IMG/VR virus record: IMGVR_UViG_3300032313_001035 | From: a virus | Reading direction: 5' to 3' (one strand) | Length of the DNA stretch: 64,000 nt | Shown: positions 8,672-18,582 of the stretch, piece after piece | Position numbering within the stretch: the first letter of the stretch is position 1 | How the letters are laid out: every line of letters begins with the position of its first letter | Made by a program: the position numbers and the translations under genes | Notes under the pieces: model-generated | What the model saw: the letters and a program-made list of their open reading frames with translations, nothing else | Told to the model about the DNA's origin: nothing | Database searches by the model: none

Positions 8672-11656
8672 ATGCCAAAGATTTCGCAGCTTAATCCAGC
8701 ATCGACACCATTATCAGGAAAAGAAGTAATCGTTCTTAACCAGAACGGGGTGACATATAATACTGATCTGGATACTGTCACGCAATTTATCAGCGCTTCT
8801 ACCAAAATTGGTGAGTTGTCGAGTAATCTTACTAATTTAACTACTTTGGTTAGAGTATCAAGCGGAGATTGGGAAAATACGCATACCTCAATGACCTTAT
8901 TGTCCAGTAATTGGCAAAGCACATACACTACATTTTCTAGTAATTCTGCCAATTTTGCTGTTAAAAACGCTAACAACTTTTTTTCTGCTGACCAAACTTT
9001 ACTCACAGGTCGAATTAATTTAAGTGCTGTTCCAATACGAACATTAGCAGATGGTAATATTTCTATTGGTTTGAGTGCAGGTAGTTTGGTAACAAATCCT
9101 ATTAATAATACTTTTATAGGTAGTAGTGCTGGACTTCGTGCTACAGATGTTACCAATTCTAATTTTATAGGATCGAATGCTGGTAAAAATGCTACTAATG
9201 CTAGTTATTCTAATTTCCTTGGTAATAATGCTGGACTCAGTGCTACAAACGCTAGTCATTCTAATTTCTTAGGTTATCAGGCTGGTAAAAATGCTACCTT
9301 TGCTGCTTACTCTAATTTTTTGGGTAATGATGCTGGAAACTGTGCTACAAACGCTAGTAATTCTAATTTCTTTGGTGTTCGTGCTGGATTCTGCGCTACC
9401 AACGCTAGTATATCTAATTTTTTCGGTAATGATGCTGGAAGAGAAGCTACTAATGCTAGTTATTCTAATTTCTTAGGTGCTCAGACTGGTAATACTGCTA
9501 CGAACGCTAATTATTCCAATTTTTTTGGTAGATATACAGGTACTAATGCCACTAATGCTAATAATTCTAATTTCTTAGGCAATAGCGCTGGAATGAATGC
9601 TACCAATGCTTGTCATTCTAATTTTTTGGGTAAAAATGCTGGTTATAATGCAACAAATGCCAATAATTCTAATTTCTTGGGTCAAAATGCTGGTGGCGAT
9701 GCAACAAATGCTTGTTTTTCTAATTTCTTAGGAGAAGAGGCTGGTCGTTTTGCTACCAATGCTCGTCGTTCTAATTTTATAGGTGAAAGAGCTGGATATT
9801 GCGCTACGAATTCTCGTTATTCTAATTTCTTAGGTAATGCGGCAGGATCTAATGCTCCAAATGCTGATAGATCTAATTTCATAGGATTTGGTGCTGGAAC
9901 ATGTGCTACAAATTCACGCGAATCTAATTTTATCGGTGATAATAGCGGTGTATTTGCTACCAATGCGTGTTATTCCAATTTCTTAGGTTACAATGTTGGT
10001 CTGTCTGCTTTAAGCGCCAATAATTCTAATTTCTTGGGTAAAAATGCTGGATTTGTGGCAGCGAATGCCAATAATTCTAATTTCTTAGGTAATAGTGCTG
10101 GATTCTGTGCTACCAATACTTGTAATTCTAATTTCTTAGGCAATAGTGCTGGACTTTCTGCCACCAATGCTAATAATTCTAATTTCTTGGGTCAAAATGC
10201 TGGTTGTGGTGCTATAAATGCTCGCCATTCTAATTTCTTGGGACGTAAGGCTGGACTCTTTACTATAAATGCTAGCTATTCTAATTTCTTAGGTGATGAT
10301 GCTGGATACTGTGCTACCAATGCTTGCAATTCTAATTTCTTAGGTCAAGGCGCTGGAGAAAATGCTACAAATTCTCGTTATTCCAATTTCTTGGGTCGAG
10401 ATGCTGGTCGCCTCGCTATATGTGCTGTTCATTCCAATTTCTTGGGTTATGATAGCGGTGTATTAGCCAACTTTGCGTGTCATTCTAATTTCTTGGGTAG
10501 TAGTGCTGGAAGATCCTCCACATGTGCTTTTCATTCCAATTTCTTGGGATGTAATGCTGGTCGTTCTGCTTTTGATGCTTGCCATTCCAATTTCTTGGGT
10601 CAAAATGCTGGATTTCTTGCTACAGATGCTTACCATTCCAATTTCTTGGGTCGATATGCTGGTAAAAATGCTACTAATGCCAATTATTCCAATTTCTCAG
10701 GTGCTTGCGCTGGACTTTCTGCTATAAATGCTGATAAATCCAATTTTTTTGGTAGTAGTGCTGGTAGAAATGCTACTTGTGCCTCTTATTCCAATTTCTT
10801 TGGATTTGGCGCTGGTTTTTGTGCTACAGATGCTTACCATTCCAATTTCTTTGGGAAAAATGCTGGATCAAATGCTACTTGTGCCTATTATTCCAATTTT
10901 ATCGGTAATAATAGCGGTGTATTTGCTACCAATGCTTACCATTCCAATTTCTTTGGTAATTCGTCTGGATTTACTGCAATAAGTGCCAGTCATTCCAATT
11001 TCTTTGGTAATAGTGCTGGATTATGTGCTACAGATGCCCACCATTCCAATTTCTTTGGTTCTATCGCTGGATACGGCGCTACTTTTGCTTGTCATTCCAA
11101 TTTCCTTGGTACTAAAGCTGGATGCTATGCGGTAAATGCCGACTATTCCAATTTCTTAGGTTTTTCTGCTGGATTATCCGCTGCATACGCTAGTAATTCT
11201 AATTTCTTTGGTACATATGCTGGAACATACGCATCAAACGCTAGTAATTCTAATTTCTTCGGCAATATGGCTGGTTGTGGGGCTTCATCTGCTAGTAATT
11301 CTAATTTCTTTGGTAATAAGGCTGGTTGTGGGGCTACACATTCCAGTAACGCTGTGTTTATAGGACAAAATAGTGGTAAAAATTCCACATATAGTTCCAA
11401 TTCTGTATTCATCGGTAATGAAGTTAATAATAACGTTGTAGGTTCTGATGCTGTGGCTATTGGTGCGTTTGCGCAAGCAGGTAATTGTGGTATTGCCCTT
11501 GGTTGCGGAGCTTGTAGCCCACCTAGTCATTTGTCATTAGGTAGTGCTACAGCACCCCTTACATTATTAGCAGGGGGAGCATTAAGTTATTCAGCTTGTA
11601 GCTTGGCAGTATTTGTGAATGGTGCCTGTTTCAAAATACCCTTATTATCAACTTAA
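8672..11656 (+). CDS. Tail fibre-like protein with ~55 14-aa beta-roll repeats
   Basis: Start MPKISQLNPAS after TAAATA; tandem SNFLGxxAGxxATNA units; YadA-like AVAIG near C-terminus. Confidence 0.8.
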   Translation: MPKISQLNPASTPLSGKEVIVLNQNGVTYNTDLDTVTQFISASTKIGELSSNLTNLTTLVRVSSGDWENTHTSMTLLSSNWQSTYTTFSSNSANFAVKNANNFFSADQTLLTGRINLSAVPIRTLADGNISIGLSAGSLVTNPINNTFIGSSAGLRATDVTNSNFIGSNAGKNATNASYSNFLGNNAGLSATNASHSNFLGYQAGKNATFAAYSNFLGNDAGNCATNASNSNFFGVRAGFCATNASISNFFGNDAGREATNASYSNFLGAQTGNTATNANYSNFFGRYTGTNATNANNSNFLGNSAGMNATNACHSNFLGKNAGYNATNANNSNFLGQNAGGDATNACFSNFLGEEAGRFATNARRSNFIGERAGYCATNSRYSNFLGNAAGSNAPNADRSNFIGFGAGTCATNSRESNFIGDNSGVFATNACYSNFLGYNVGLSALSANNSNFLGKNAGFVAANANNSNFLGNSAGFCATNTCNSNFLGNSAGLSATNANNSNFLGQNAGCGAINARHSNFLGRKAGLFTINASYSNFLGDDAGYCATNACNSNFLGQGAGENATNSRYSNFLGRDAGRLAICAVHSNFLGYDSGVLANFACHSNFLGSSAGRSSTCAFHSNFLGCNAGRSAFDACHSNFLGQNAGFLATDAYHSNFLGRYAGKNATNANYSNFSGACAGLSAINADKSNFFGSSAGRNATCASYSNFFGFGAGFCATDAYHSNFFGKNAGSNATCAYYSNFIGNNSGVFATNAYHSNFFGNSSGFTAISASHSNFFGNSAGLCATDAHHSNFFGSIAGYGATFACHSNFLGTKAGCYAVNADYSNFLGFSAGLSAAYASNSNFFGTYAGTYASNASNSNFFGNMAGCGASSASNSNFFGNKAGCGATHSSNAVFIGQNSGKNSTYSSNSVFIGNEVNNNVVGSDAVAIGAFAQAGNCGIALGCGACSPPSHLSLGSATAPLTLLAGGALSYSACSLAVFVNGACFKIPLLST
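9100..11420 (+). repeat. 42-nt coding tandem repeat array
   Basis: Recurrent TTCYAATTTCTTDGG ... GCTGG every 42 nt. Confidence 0.9.
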
Positions 11657-12438
11657 AATTTATAATTGATATCTGCAAATCTGGTATAAATTGGACCTAA
11701 TATTTCTCGACTGTCATCATATTGTGGACCTACTACTGGTCTAATCGTATGTAAATCGGTGAATCCGTGTTCAGCGTCATTCTCAACAGTGTATTGATTT
11801 ACTCTATCGAAATCATGATTGTAATTTGGTTTTCCCAAAAAGTCATATACCCGATTCATTACTAAATTTGGTGTTTTGGTCAATTCTGTATAATCAATAA
11901 AGTGGAATTTGTGGCGATGTCCACGGAAAAATGCATCTTGTATACTATTATAAGTGCCTCCTATAAGTCCATTAGCTGCCATCCATGTATTCACGCGATT
12001 TTCTATCGTATTCATACCGTCACCTCTCATCATTGGACTATCAATATTTTTAATTTCCTTGCGATATAGTTTTTCCATCGATGATACAATTTGACTGATT
12101 GGTCTAACTGTAGTGAGAATTTTAATTTCTTTCTCTAGCGCCAATTCTACAAGCTCGATATTAGCAGCCCAATTTCTAGATTTATTGAATACAATTGGTC
12201 TATCAGTTTCAGCATGATAAGATTGGAATAAATCGCGAATAATTTTTAATTGTTTCTTAGAAGTTTCAGATGCTTTAATAATTGGGTTAGTTTTCCAAAA
12301 TTGATGAATACCTACAATTAATTCGGATAATCCACTAGTTGGTGTTACGTGGAAATCTGGGTTTTGTGCCAAAATATTGCAAAATAAAGTTGATCCAGAG
12401 CGTGGCATACCATTAATAAAGTAGATTTCTTTTTCCAT
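11653..12438 (-). CDS. Sulfotransferase family protein
   Basis: FINGMPRSGSTL PAPS-binding loop; FNKSR; VRP...SS; FIDYTEL. Confidence 0.85.
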   Translation of the reverse strand: MEKEIYFINGMPRSGSTLFCNILAQNPDFHVTPTSGLSELIVGIHQFWKTNPIIKASETSKKQLKIIRDLFQSYHAETDRPIVFNKSRNWAANIELVELALEKEIKILTTVRPISQIVSSMEKLYRKEIKNIDSPMMRGDGMNTIENRVNTWMAANGLIGGTYNSIQDAFFRGHRHKFHFIDYTELTKTPNLVMNRVYDFLGKPNYNHDFDRVNQYTVENDAEHGFTDLHTIRPVVGPQYDDSREILGPIYTRFADINYKF

Positions 12439-12487
12439 ATTGTTATTTTAATATTGATTTTTGAAAATACAAGTATATATATGTGAT

Positions 12488-13375
12488 ATGCAAACAATAT
12501 TTCATGTGACAGGAGGCTTGGGTAAACATGTTGTTGCTTCAGGCATGATTAATTCATACAAATATGCCAACAACGAAGAAGAAATTATAGTATGTAGCGC
12601 ATACCCAGAAGTTTTCAACCATAATATTAATGTCAAAGAGTCGTTGGATATAAATAATCTCCAATATTTCTACAAACAATATATTAAAAATAAAAATGTT
12701 AAGATCTTTGCCCAAGAACCATATAAACAAACTTCCCACATTCTTAAACATAAAAGTTTAATCGAAACTTGGTGTGACATGGTTGGAGTCAAATATCATA
12801 AAAAACCAACTATTGGTATTAATTTTAGAGAAAAAGAAATAGTTTCTCGCCGAATATCATCGAATAAACCTATTCTTATTTTTCAACCTTTCGGAGGTAA
12901 TAATAGCTCATTGCCATACAATTGGGCTAGAGATATTCATCCGATGGTTGCTCAGTCGATTATTAATATGTTATCAGACAAATATGACATTATTCATATT
13001 TGCAATCCTTATCATCCTAAATTGGATAATTGTCAAAGAATCGACGAAAAACTCAGTTTAGCTTCTTTATCAGCATTAATCGAACTTTCGAATGAAAGAT
13101 TTTTGATCGATTCGTCAATTCAACATATCGCTTTCGCTTTGAATAAACCATCTACTGTTATTTGGAATGTTACATCCCCTATTCAATTTGGTTATAGCGA
13201 TTTACATAATAATATCATTAGTCCTATCGATTATAGTGATGGACATCGTAAATCATATTTGTTTGATTTCGAGATAGGTGGTATCCCATCGGAATGTCCA
13301 GTTGTTGATTATACAGAGATGTATAATATGGCAGAAATCTTTTCTGTAATAAAAACATTAATGAATGATAAATAA
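12488..13375 (+). CDS. Glycosyltransferase (GT-B, GT9/heptosyltransferase-like)
   Basis: GGLGKHV; FQPFGG; LIDSSIQHIAFALNKPSTVIW. Confidence 0.75.
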   Translation: MQTIFHVTGGLGKHVVASGMINSYKYANNEEEIIVCSAYPEVFNHNINVKESLDINNLQYFYKQYIKNKNVKIFAQEPYKQTSHILKHKSLIETWCDMVGVKYHKKPTIGINFREKEIVSRRISSNKPILIFQPFGGNNSSLPYNWARDIHPMVAQSIINMLSDKYDIIHICNPYHPKLDNCQRIDEKLSLASLSALIELSNERFLIDSSIQHIAFALNKPSTVIWNVTSPIQFGYSDLHNNIISPIDYSDGHRKSYLFDFEIGGIPSECPVVDYTEMYNMAEIFSVIKTLMNDK

Positions 13376-13379
13376 TAAC

Positions 13380-13760
13380 ATGGCTATTTTAGCAGATAAT
13401 AAACTTGAACAACCTCCAACCCCAACACCTGAGCAACTTGAGGTGATTAAAAACTTGCGGTTGAAAATGACAAAGAGCAATATCCTCGAACTTACTCGCG
13501 ATACATTCAATCGTTTAGTAAACGTTCAACGTAAAGGTATTGACATGGTTTGGAATAATCCAAATCTGACACCACAAGAAGTTGTCGATGTTCTTGGTGA
13601 AGATGCTGTCAAAGTGTTTCAATTTCACGGTATTCTTACCACATTTATTCAACAGTTGGCAACATCTGCTAACGTTACAGTCGATTTGAAGGCTCCCACT
13701 AATGCATTTAGTGTTGCGAGTGGAAGTATTGTTATTAGTAATAACCCATATCAAGCATAA
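13380..13760 (+). CDS. Hypothetical late protein (possibly fibre-associated)
   Basis: ATG 5 nt after TAAATA. Confidence 0.5.
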   Translation: MAILADNKLEQPPTPTPEQLEVIKNLRLKMTKSNILELTRDTFNRLVNVQRKGIDMVWNNPNLTPQEVVDVLGEDAVKVFQFHGILTTFIQQLATSANVTVDLKAPTNAFSVASGSIVISNNPYQA

Positions 13761-13762
13761 TT

Positions 13763-14767
13763 ATGAAAAAAAATCCAAGTTTAGGTGATATTTACGGAGA
13801 TATTCTGCGAAACGTTAAAGTTGTCAAAGAAAGTGCTCAAGAAAACATCAATAAGTCGAAAAAAATTCCCAAAATGTCTAACAATGCATTTACTAGCACT
13901 AATCCTTTAACCAAAGGTGGTCCAGAAGTTGCAGATGGCTATCATAAAGCGTTGGATGATGATTATTGCGGTTGTGATGAAGATAATGAAGAACAATATG
14001 ATACTCGCCACGAAAACAAATATAATAGAATTAGCGAATTGGAAAAACAGTTGAAAGATACTTCAATTTCTGATGAAAAAAGATCCAAAATTCTCAATAC
14101 TATTAATACTTTGAAAAAAAATCTTCAACGTGAAGAATCGGAAGAAGATTTTATTAAAGAATCCAAAAAAATTACAACAAATAGACTAAATACTTTTATG
14201 ATGAAAAAATCTACATTTGATAAATTGTTTGAATCTGTGATGGGCGGTGATTTCGGTCAAGACGAAGAATCCAAAGACATTGATGCTCTTGGTCTTGGTG
14301 ACGCACCAACTGATGATGAGTTCGGTGATGATGAAATGGGTGACGAAGGTGATGAAATCACTGTTACTATGAATCGCGATGTTGCTCGTCAACTCTGCGA
14401 CATACTCCAAGCTGCCATGGGTGATGACGAAGGCGAAGACGATGGTTTAGATTTCGGCGACATGGGTGACGATGAAATGGGCGACGATGAAATGGATGAA
14501 GAAGGTTATGATGATGAAGAAGAAGATTATCAAGAGGATAACGAAGAAACCGTTTCCAGCACCAATAAATCTTCACTTCAAAGCCACAACAATAAAGTGA
14601 ATGGTCGCCCACAACCTAAAGGTGGTAGCACCAAAGTTGTTGGAGCCACTGACAAAGTAGGTAACGATGGTGATCACGGTCATGCTATCCATAACGCTAA
14701 ACAACCGAATATGGGCAAACAAAACAAAGTATCTGATTTACGACAAGCGGAAGACTTTTTCCGCTGA
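13763..14767 (+). CDS. Acidic prohead-core/scaffold-like or internal head protein
   Basis: D/E/G-rich tract; in-frame internal start at 14198 after TAAATA. Confidence 0.5.
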   Translation: MKKNPSLGDIYGDILRNVKVVKESAQENINKSKKIPKMSNNAFTSTNPLTKGGPEVADGYHKALDDDYCGCDEDNEEQYDTRHENKYNRISELEKQLKDTSISDEKRSKILNTINTLKKNLQREESEEDFIKESKKITTNRLNTFMMKKSTFDKLFESVMGGDFGQDEESKDIDALGLGDAPTDDEFGDDEMGDEGDEITVTMNRDVARQLCDILQAAMGDDEGEDDGLDFGDMGDDEMGDDEMDEEGYDDEEEDYQEDNEETVSSTNKSSLQSHNNKVNGRPQPKGGSTKVVGATDKVGNDGDHGHAIHNAKQPNMGKQNKVSDLRQAEDFFR

Positions 14768-14790
14768 ATTAAAAAATAAAAAACACTAAG

Positions 14791-14820
14791 AAAAGGGGAT
14801 CGTTCTGATCCCCTTTTTTT
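14791..14820 (+). terminator. Rho-independent terminator
   Basis: AAAAGGGGATC-GTTCT-GATCCCCTTTTTTT. Confidence 0.85.
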
Positions 14821-14833
14821 GTTAAGTAATATC

Positions 14834-15355
14834 ATGCAATCGTTCTCGCAATTTTTCGAATCAAAATTGAAAAAATCGTCTATATCAAATGATGAACCTT
14901 ATGAAGTTTATGATAAACACACGGGTGATATTATTTGGAGAGGCACGTATGGAAAGAAACATATTGCTACAAGAATTATTGATAAAAAAAATAATGAATA
15001 TGGCGGTTATAGATATTTTGGTAGACTTGTTAAAAAACCATTATTGGAATATCGCCACAAAGATGCATTCGGTGGTATAAAGCAGAGTATTCATCCTGAT
15101 AACAAAAAAGGTTCTAACTTGACCATAGATCCATCATCGAGAAAAATACCGTGGGTTAAAGGACCATATAAAAAAGAACGAAAACATGGTGAAATACTTA
15201 TAGGTAACGAACTAAATAGAGAATTGGGTTCTTTAAACGGTGTGGAATTTGAAGAAGGTAAAGAAATAAAACGTAAAAATTCTAATCAAATTTTGAAACT
15301 GTTTACCAATTCACATGGTCAACAATGCGGCAAAATTGTTGAAATTAATAAATAA
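14834..15355 (+). CDS. Putative internal head protein
   Basis: MQSFSQFFE N-terminus; TAAGTA 5 nt upstream. Confidence 0.5.
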   Translation: MQSFSQFFESKLKKSSISNDEPYEVYDKHTGDIIWRGTYGKKHIATRIIDKKNNEYGGYRYFGRLVKKPLLEYRHKDAFGGIKQSIHPDNKKGSNLTIDPSSRKIPWVKGPYKKERKHGEILIGNELNRELGSLNGVEFEEGKEIKRKNSNQILKLFTNSHGQQCGKIVEINK

Positions 15356-15360
15356 TATTT

Positions 15361-16146
15361 ATGGGATGCCCTACGATACCTTTGTCTTGTCTTACTCCTG
15401 AAAATATTTTTGCTGGAGTTTATCGTCCTAATTGTGGTGGATTCGCCGATCCATCGAACTTTCAAGCTGAAAGAGCAGTATTTAGCAGTAGTTTCAATGA
15501 ACTTATAAACAATTATGGGGTAGAGATTGGTTATATGGTCAATACATTTGAACCAAGTCAAATGAATGCTATATACGGTGAACATAGCACTATGTATTGG
15601 TTAAGTGCTGTTGATATAAAGGCTTACCCAACAATAGAAAATGGATCTCCTATCTATGGTATAGCAGGAATGGATTCTCCTGATACAATAACATTGTATA
15701 TTTATATAAAAGATTTCATAGATAAATTTAAAAACTACCCATATTTTACAAATCATCCAGTTGAACCAAAGTCTCAAGATAAAATTATTCTTTATCCATT
15801 TGGATGTGATAGACCTAATGGTAGAAGTGCTAAAATATTTGAAGTTACTGAAGCACTGGATGAAGATGTTTCAGAATTAAACCCTGCCATGGGTCATTAT
15901 GTTTGGAGAATCAAAGGTGTTCGCAGTGAGCATAATTACACTACCAACGAACCTAGAGAAGCATTCAACCAACAAATTTCTGATAGCTCATACTTTGGTA
16001 AGCTATCATCAGTTTTATTCCCTCAACTATCATCTAATATTTCCGATAACAAAATATACACGGAAAATTCTGATGATGTGGTTCAAAGAGATATTTTCCC
16101 ACCAAATACTGCTAATAATAGTAGTGTTTATGGGAATTATTTCTAA
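15361..16146 (+). CDS. gp14: Neck protein (T4 gp14-like)
   Basis: ELINNYGVEIGY...IYGEH...EPKSQDKIILYP...IFEVT; precedes terminase. Confidence 0.7.
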   Translation: MGCPTIPLSCLTPENIFAGVYRPNCGGFADPSNFQAERAVFSSSFNELINNYGVEIGYMVNTFEPSQMNAIYGEHSTMYWLSAVDIKAYPTIENGSPIYGIAGMDSPDTITLYIYIKDFIDKFKNYPYFTNHPVEPKSQDKIILYPFGCDRPNGRSAKIFEVTEALDEDVSELNPAMGHYVWRIKGVRSEHNYTTNEPREAFNQQISDSSYFGKLSSVLFPQLSSNISDNKIYTENSDDVVQRDIFPPNTANNSSVYGNYF

Positions 16147-16155
16147 GTATTAATT

Positions 16156-17931
16156 ATGGCTGCAAAGGTTAAAAATAAATCATATATGGGTAATACCAAT
16201 TTACCCAGCGCCAATTCATCTTTCGAGTATACACCAGAAATGGTGGTTGAAATAGAAAAATGCAAAACTGACATTATTCATTTCGCATCGAATTATTTTT
16301 ATATTATTGACCCTGATAGTGATGTTGGTAAAGTTTGTATCAATTTATATGATTTCCAAAAAAGAGTATTAGCTGGCATATTCGATCATCGTTTTAATTG
16401 TCTTCTTTCACCTAGACAAGCTTCAAAAAGTACATTGATGACAATTGCAGCACTCCATGAAGCATGTTTCAAGCCATACAAAAGCATTATTATTGTTGCC
16501 AACAAAGAAGCAACAGCTATTGAGATATTCAGAAGGGTTAGATTGGCATATGAAGAGTTACCAAACTGGTTAAAACCTGGAGTTGAGGAATATGGTAAGA
16601 CTGGATGTGTATTTGACAATGGTAGTCGAATCAGTATTTCTACTACAACTGGCAGTGCTATTCGGGGAACATCGCTAAACATGTTGATCATTGACGAGTT
16701 GGCGTTCTTAGAAGAACACGTTGTTGATGAATTTTGGAAATCGGTTTATCCCACCATTTCTAGATCCAGAACATCCAAAATTATAGTAGCATCTACCCCA
16801 AATGGCACTGGTAATCTATTTCATAAGATATATACAGGAGCGGAACGTGGTGATAACGGTTTCAACCCACTACGTATTGAATGGAATGAAATTCCGGGTC
16901 GTGATGAAGCATGGAAAGCTCAACAAATCAAAGCATTGGGTTCTTATGAAGCATTTCAACAAGAATTTGGTAACATGTTCTTGGATAATAGCCAACAATC
17001 AATTGATGAGGAGTTATTTGAGCGATTAAAACAAGAATGTTGCGCACCGTTGCATATTTTTAAAGATGGTGATTATAAAGTTTGGGAGGAATACGATTCC
17101 AATAAGATATATGCTATTGGTGGGGATGTTTCTGAAGGTGTCGGATTGGATGCATCGGTTTTAGAGATATTTGATATCACAAATCCTAAAGAAATAATTC
17201 AAGTTGCAGAATATTACAACAATAAAATTGGTCCTTCTGAATTTACTAATGTGGTTGCTGAGATATGTGCTCATTGGGGTAATCCTCTTCTTTTAATTGA
17301 AAGAAATAACCAAGGAACAGGCGTTTGTGATCGATTATCCAATGAATTTATGTATCAAAATTTGGTTTCTTGGGGTGCTAAAGAAGCACACAAGAATAAA
17401 CAAAATGGTATGATATCTCATATCAATACAAAATACAAAGCGGTGTTGAACATGCGATATTTTGTTAATGAAACCAAATCTGTTTACTTTAGATCACTTG
17501 ATTGTTTGAAGGAATTTAAAAATTTCATACGTTATCCGAATGGATCATGGAAAGCAAAAAATGGCGAACATGATGATAGAGTAATGGCATCGGTATGGGC
17601 TTTGATGACATTGTATAAAGATATTACAGAAATGTATTTCGACATTAAGGAATTGGATGATTGTGACAAACCTTTGAAGATAGAACCGTTTGATATTAGT
17701 TCATATAGAACCAGAATATCTACTTCCATATACAATAATGAAGAAATTGAAAAAATAGAAAATTCCAATTTAGCACCGTTGTTATTCGGTGGCGTTGGTA
17801 GCGAAATGATGAACGATTTGGCAGAGTTGGAAGCTGCTGGATGGGTAATACCACAAGATTCTATCTATTCTAATAAAGAAAGAGACCTCTCATACGATCA
17901 ATGGCAATCCATAGACAAATATTTCAATTAA
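16156..17931 (+). CDS. gp17: Terminase large subunit
   Basis: PRQASKST Walker A; LIIDELAF Walker B; ASTPNG; DVSEG; HDDRVMA. Confidence 0.97.
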   Translation: MAAKVKNKSYMGNTNLPSANSSFEYTPEMVVEIEKCKTDIIHFASNYFYIIDPDSDVGKVCINLYDFQKRVLAGIFDHRFNCLLSPRQASKSTLMTIAALHEACFKPYKSIIIVANKEATAIEIFRRVRLAYEELPNWLKPGVEEYGKTGCVFDNGSRISISTTTGSAIRGTSLNMLIIDELAFLEEHVVDEFWKSVYPTISRSRTSKIIVASTPNGTGNLFHKIYTGAERGDNGFNPLRIEWNEIPGRDEAWKAQQIKALGSYEAFQQEFGNMFLDNSQQSIDEELFERLKQECCAPLHIFKDGDYKVWEEYDSNKIYAIGGDVSEGVGLDASVLEIFDITNPKEIIQVAEYYNNKIGPSEFTNVVAEICAHWGNPLLLIERNNQGTGVCDRLSNEFMYQNLVSWGAKEAHKNKQNGMISHINTKYKAVLNMRYFVNETKSVYFRSLDCLKEFKNFIRYPNGSWKAKNGEHDDRVMASVWALMTLYKDITEMYFDIKELDDCDKPLKIEPFDISSYRTRISTSIYNNEEIEKIENSNLAPLLFGGVGSEMMNDLAELEAAGWVIPQDSIYSNKERDLSYDQWQSIDKYFN

Positions 17932-17940
17932 ATAATTATA

Positions 17941-18549
17941 ATGCCTGAACAAATTCAACAGTCTTATTTGAATAAAGCGAGAAAAGATAAATTTCTTCTC
18001 GTGTTTGATATACCGCCAATTTTAAAACCCATACAATCGAATTATACTAGAGGAGATACTACTATTATCCCTGATAGTGTGCAATTCAGCGTGTTTGGAA
18101 CAATGGTTCCAGGTGTTACCGTTAAAGGGGTTGCCACTAGATATGTCGGCGACACGTTATATGTATCATCCCATACTAAAGAACCTTATCCTCCTGTAAA
18201 TGTTAAATTCGTGGTCGATAGTGGTTATAATAATTATTGGGTGGTTTATCAATGGTTGAATTTATTACACGATCAAAAGACTGGGCAATACAATACAAAA
18301 GGTTTACAGGGTATTAACTGTAGTCACACTGATTACCAAACTGATATATCAGTATATGGTCTTGATGAATATGATAATAAAGTCATAGAATTCAAATATA
18401 CTAAATGTTTCCCCACTAGTTTAGATGAAATAACATTTGATGCTAAAACCACTGGAGAGATGGAGTTGGAGTCGGGATTTACCTTCTTATTTTCACAAAT
18501 GCATATAAAATTATTAGGTTGTGATAGATCATATGAAACTTTGAGTTGA
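17941..18549 (+). CDS. Tail completion / tube-fold protein (gp3-like)
   Basis: NYWVVYQWL; FKYTKCFPTSLDEITFD. Confidence 0.6.
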   Translation: MPEQIQQSYLNKARKDKFLLVFDIPPILKPIQSNYTRGDTTIIPDSVQFSVFGTMVPGVTVKGVATRYVGDTLYVSSHTKEPYPPVNVKFVVDSGYNNYWVVYQWLNLLHDQKTGQYNTKGLQGINCSHTDYQTDISVYGLDEYDNKVIEFKYTKCFPTSLDEITFDAKTTGEMELESGFTFLFSQMHIKLLGCDRSYETLS

Positions 18550-18582
18550 TAAAAAAAATATCGTTTTGTATTAAATAATTGT

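Noticed and set aside
9100-11420. 42-nt repeats as CRISPR or DGR
   Set aside because: Continuous reading frame of a fibre-like protein; no spacers or template/variable pair
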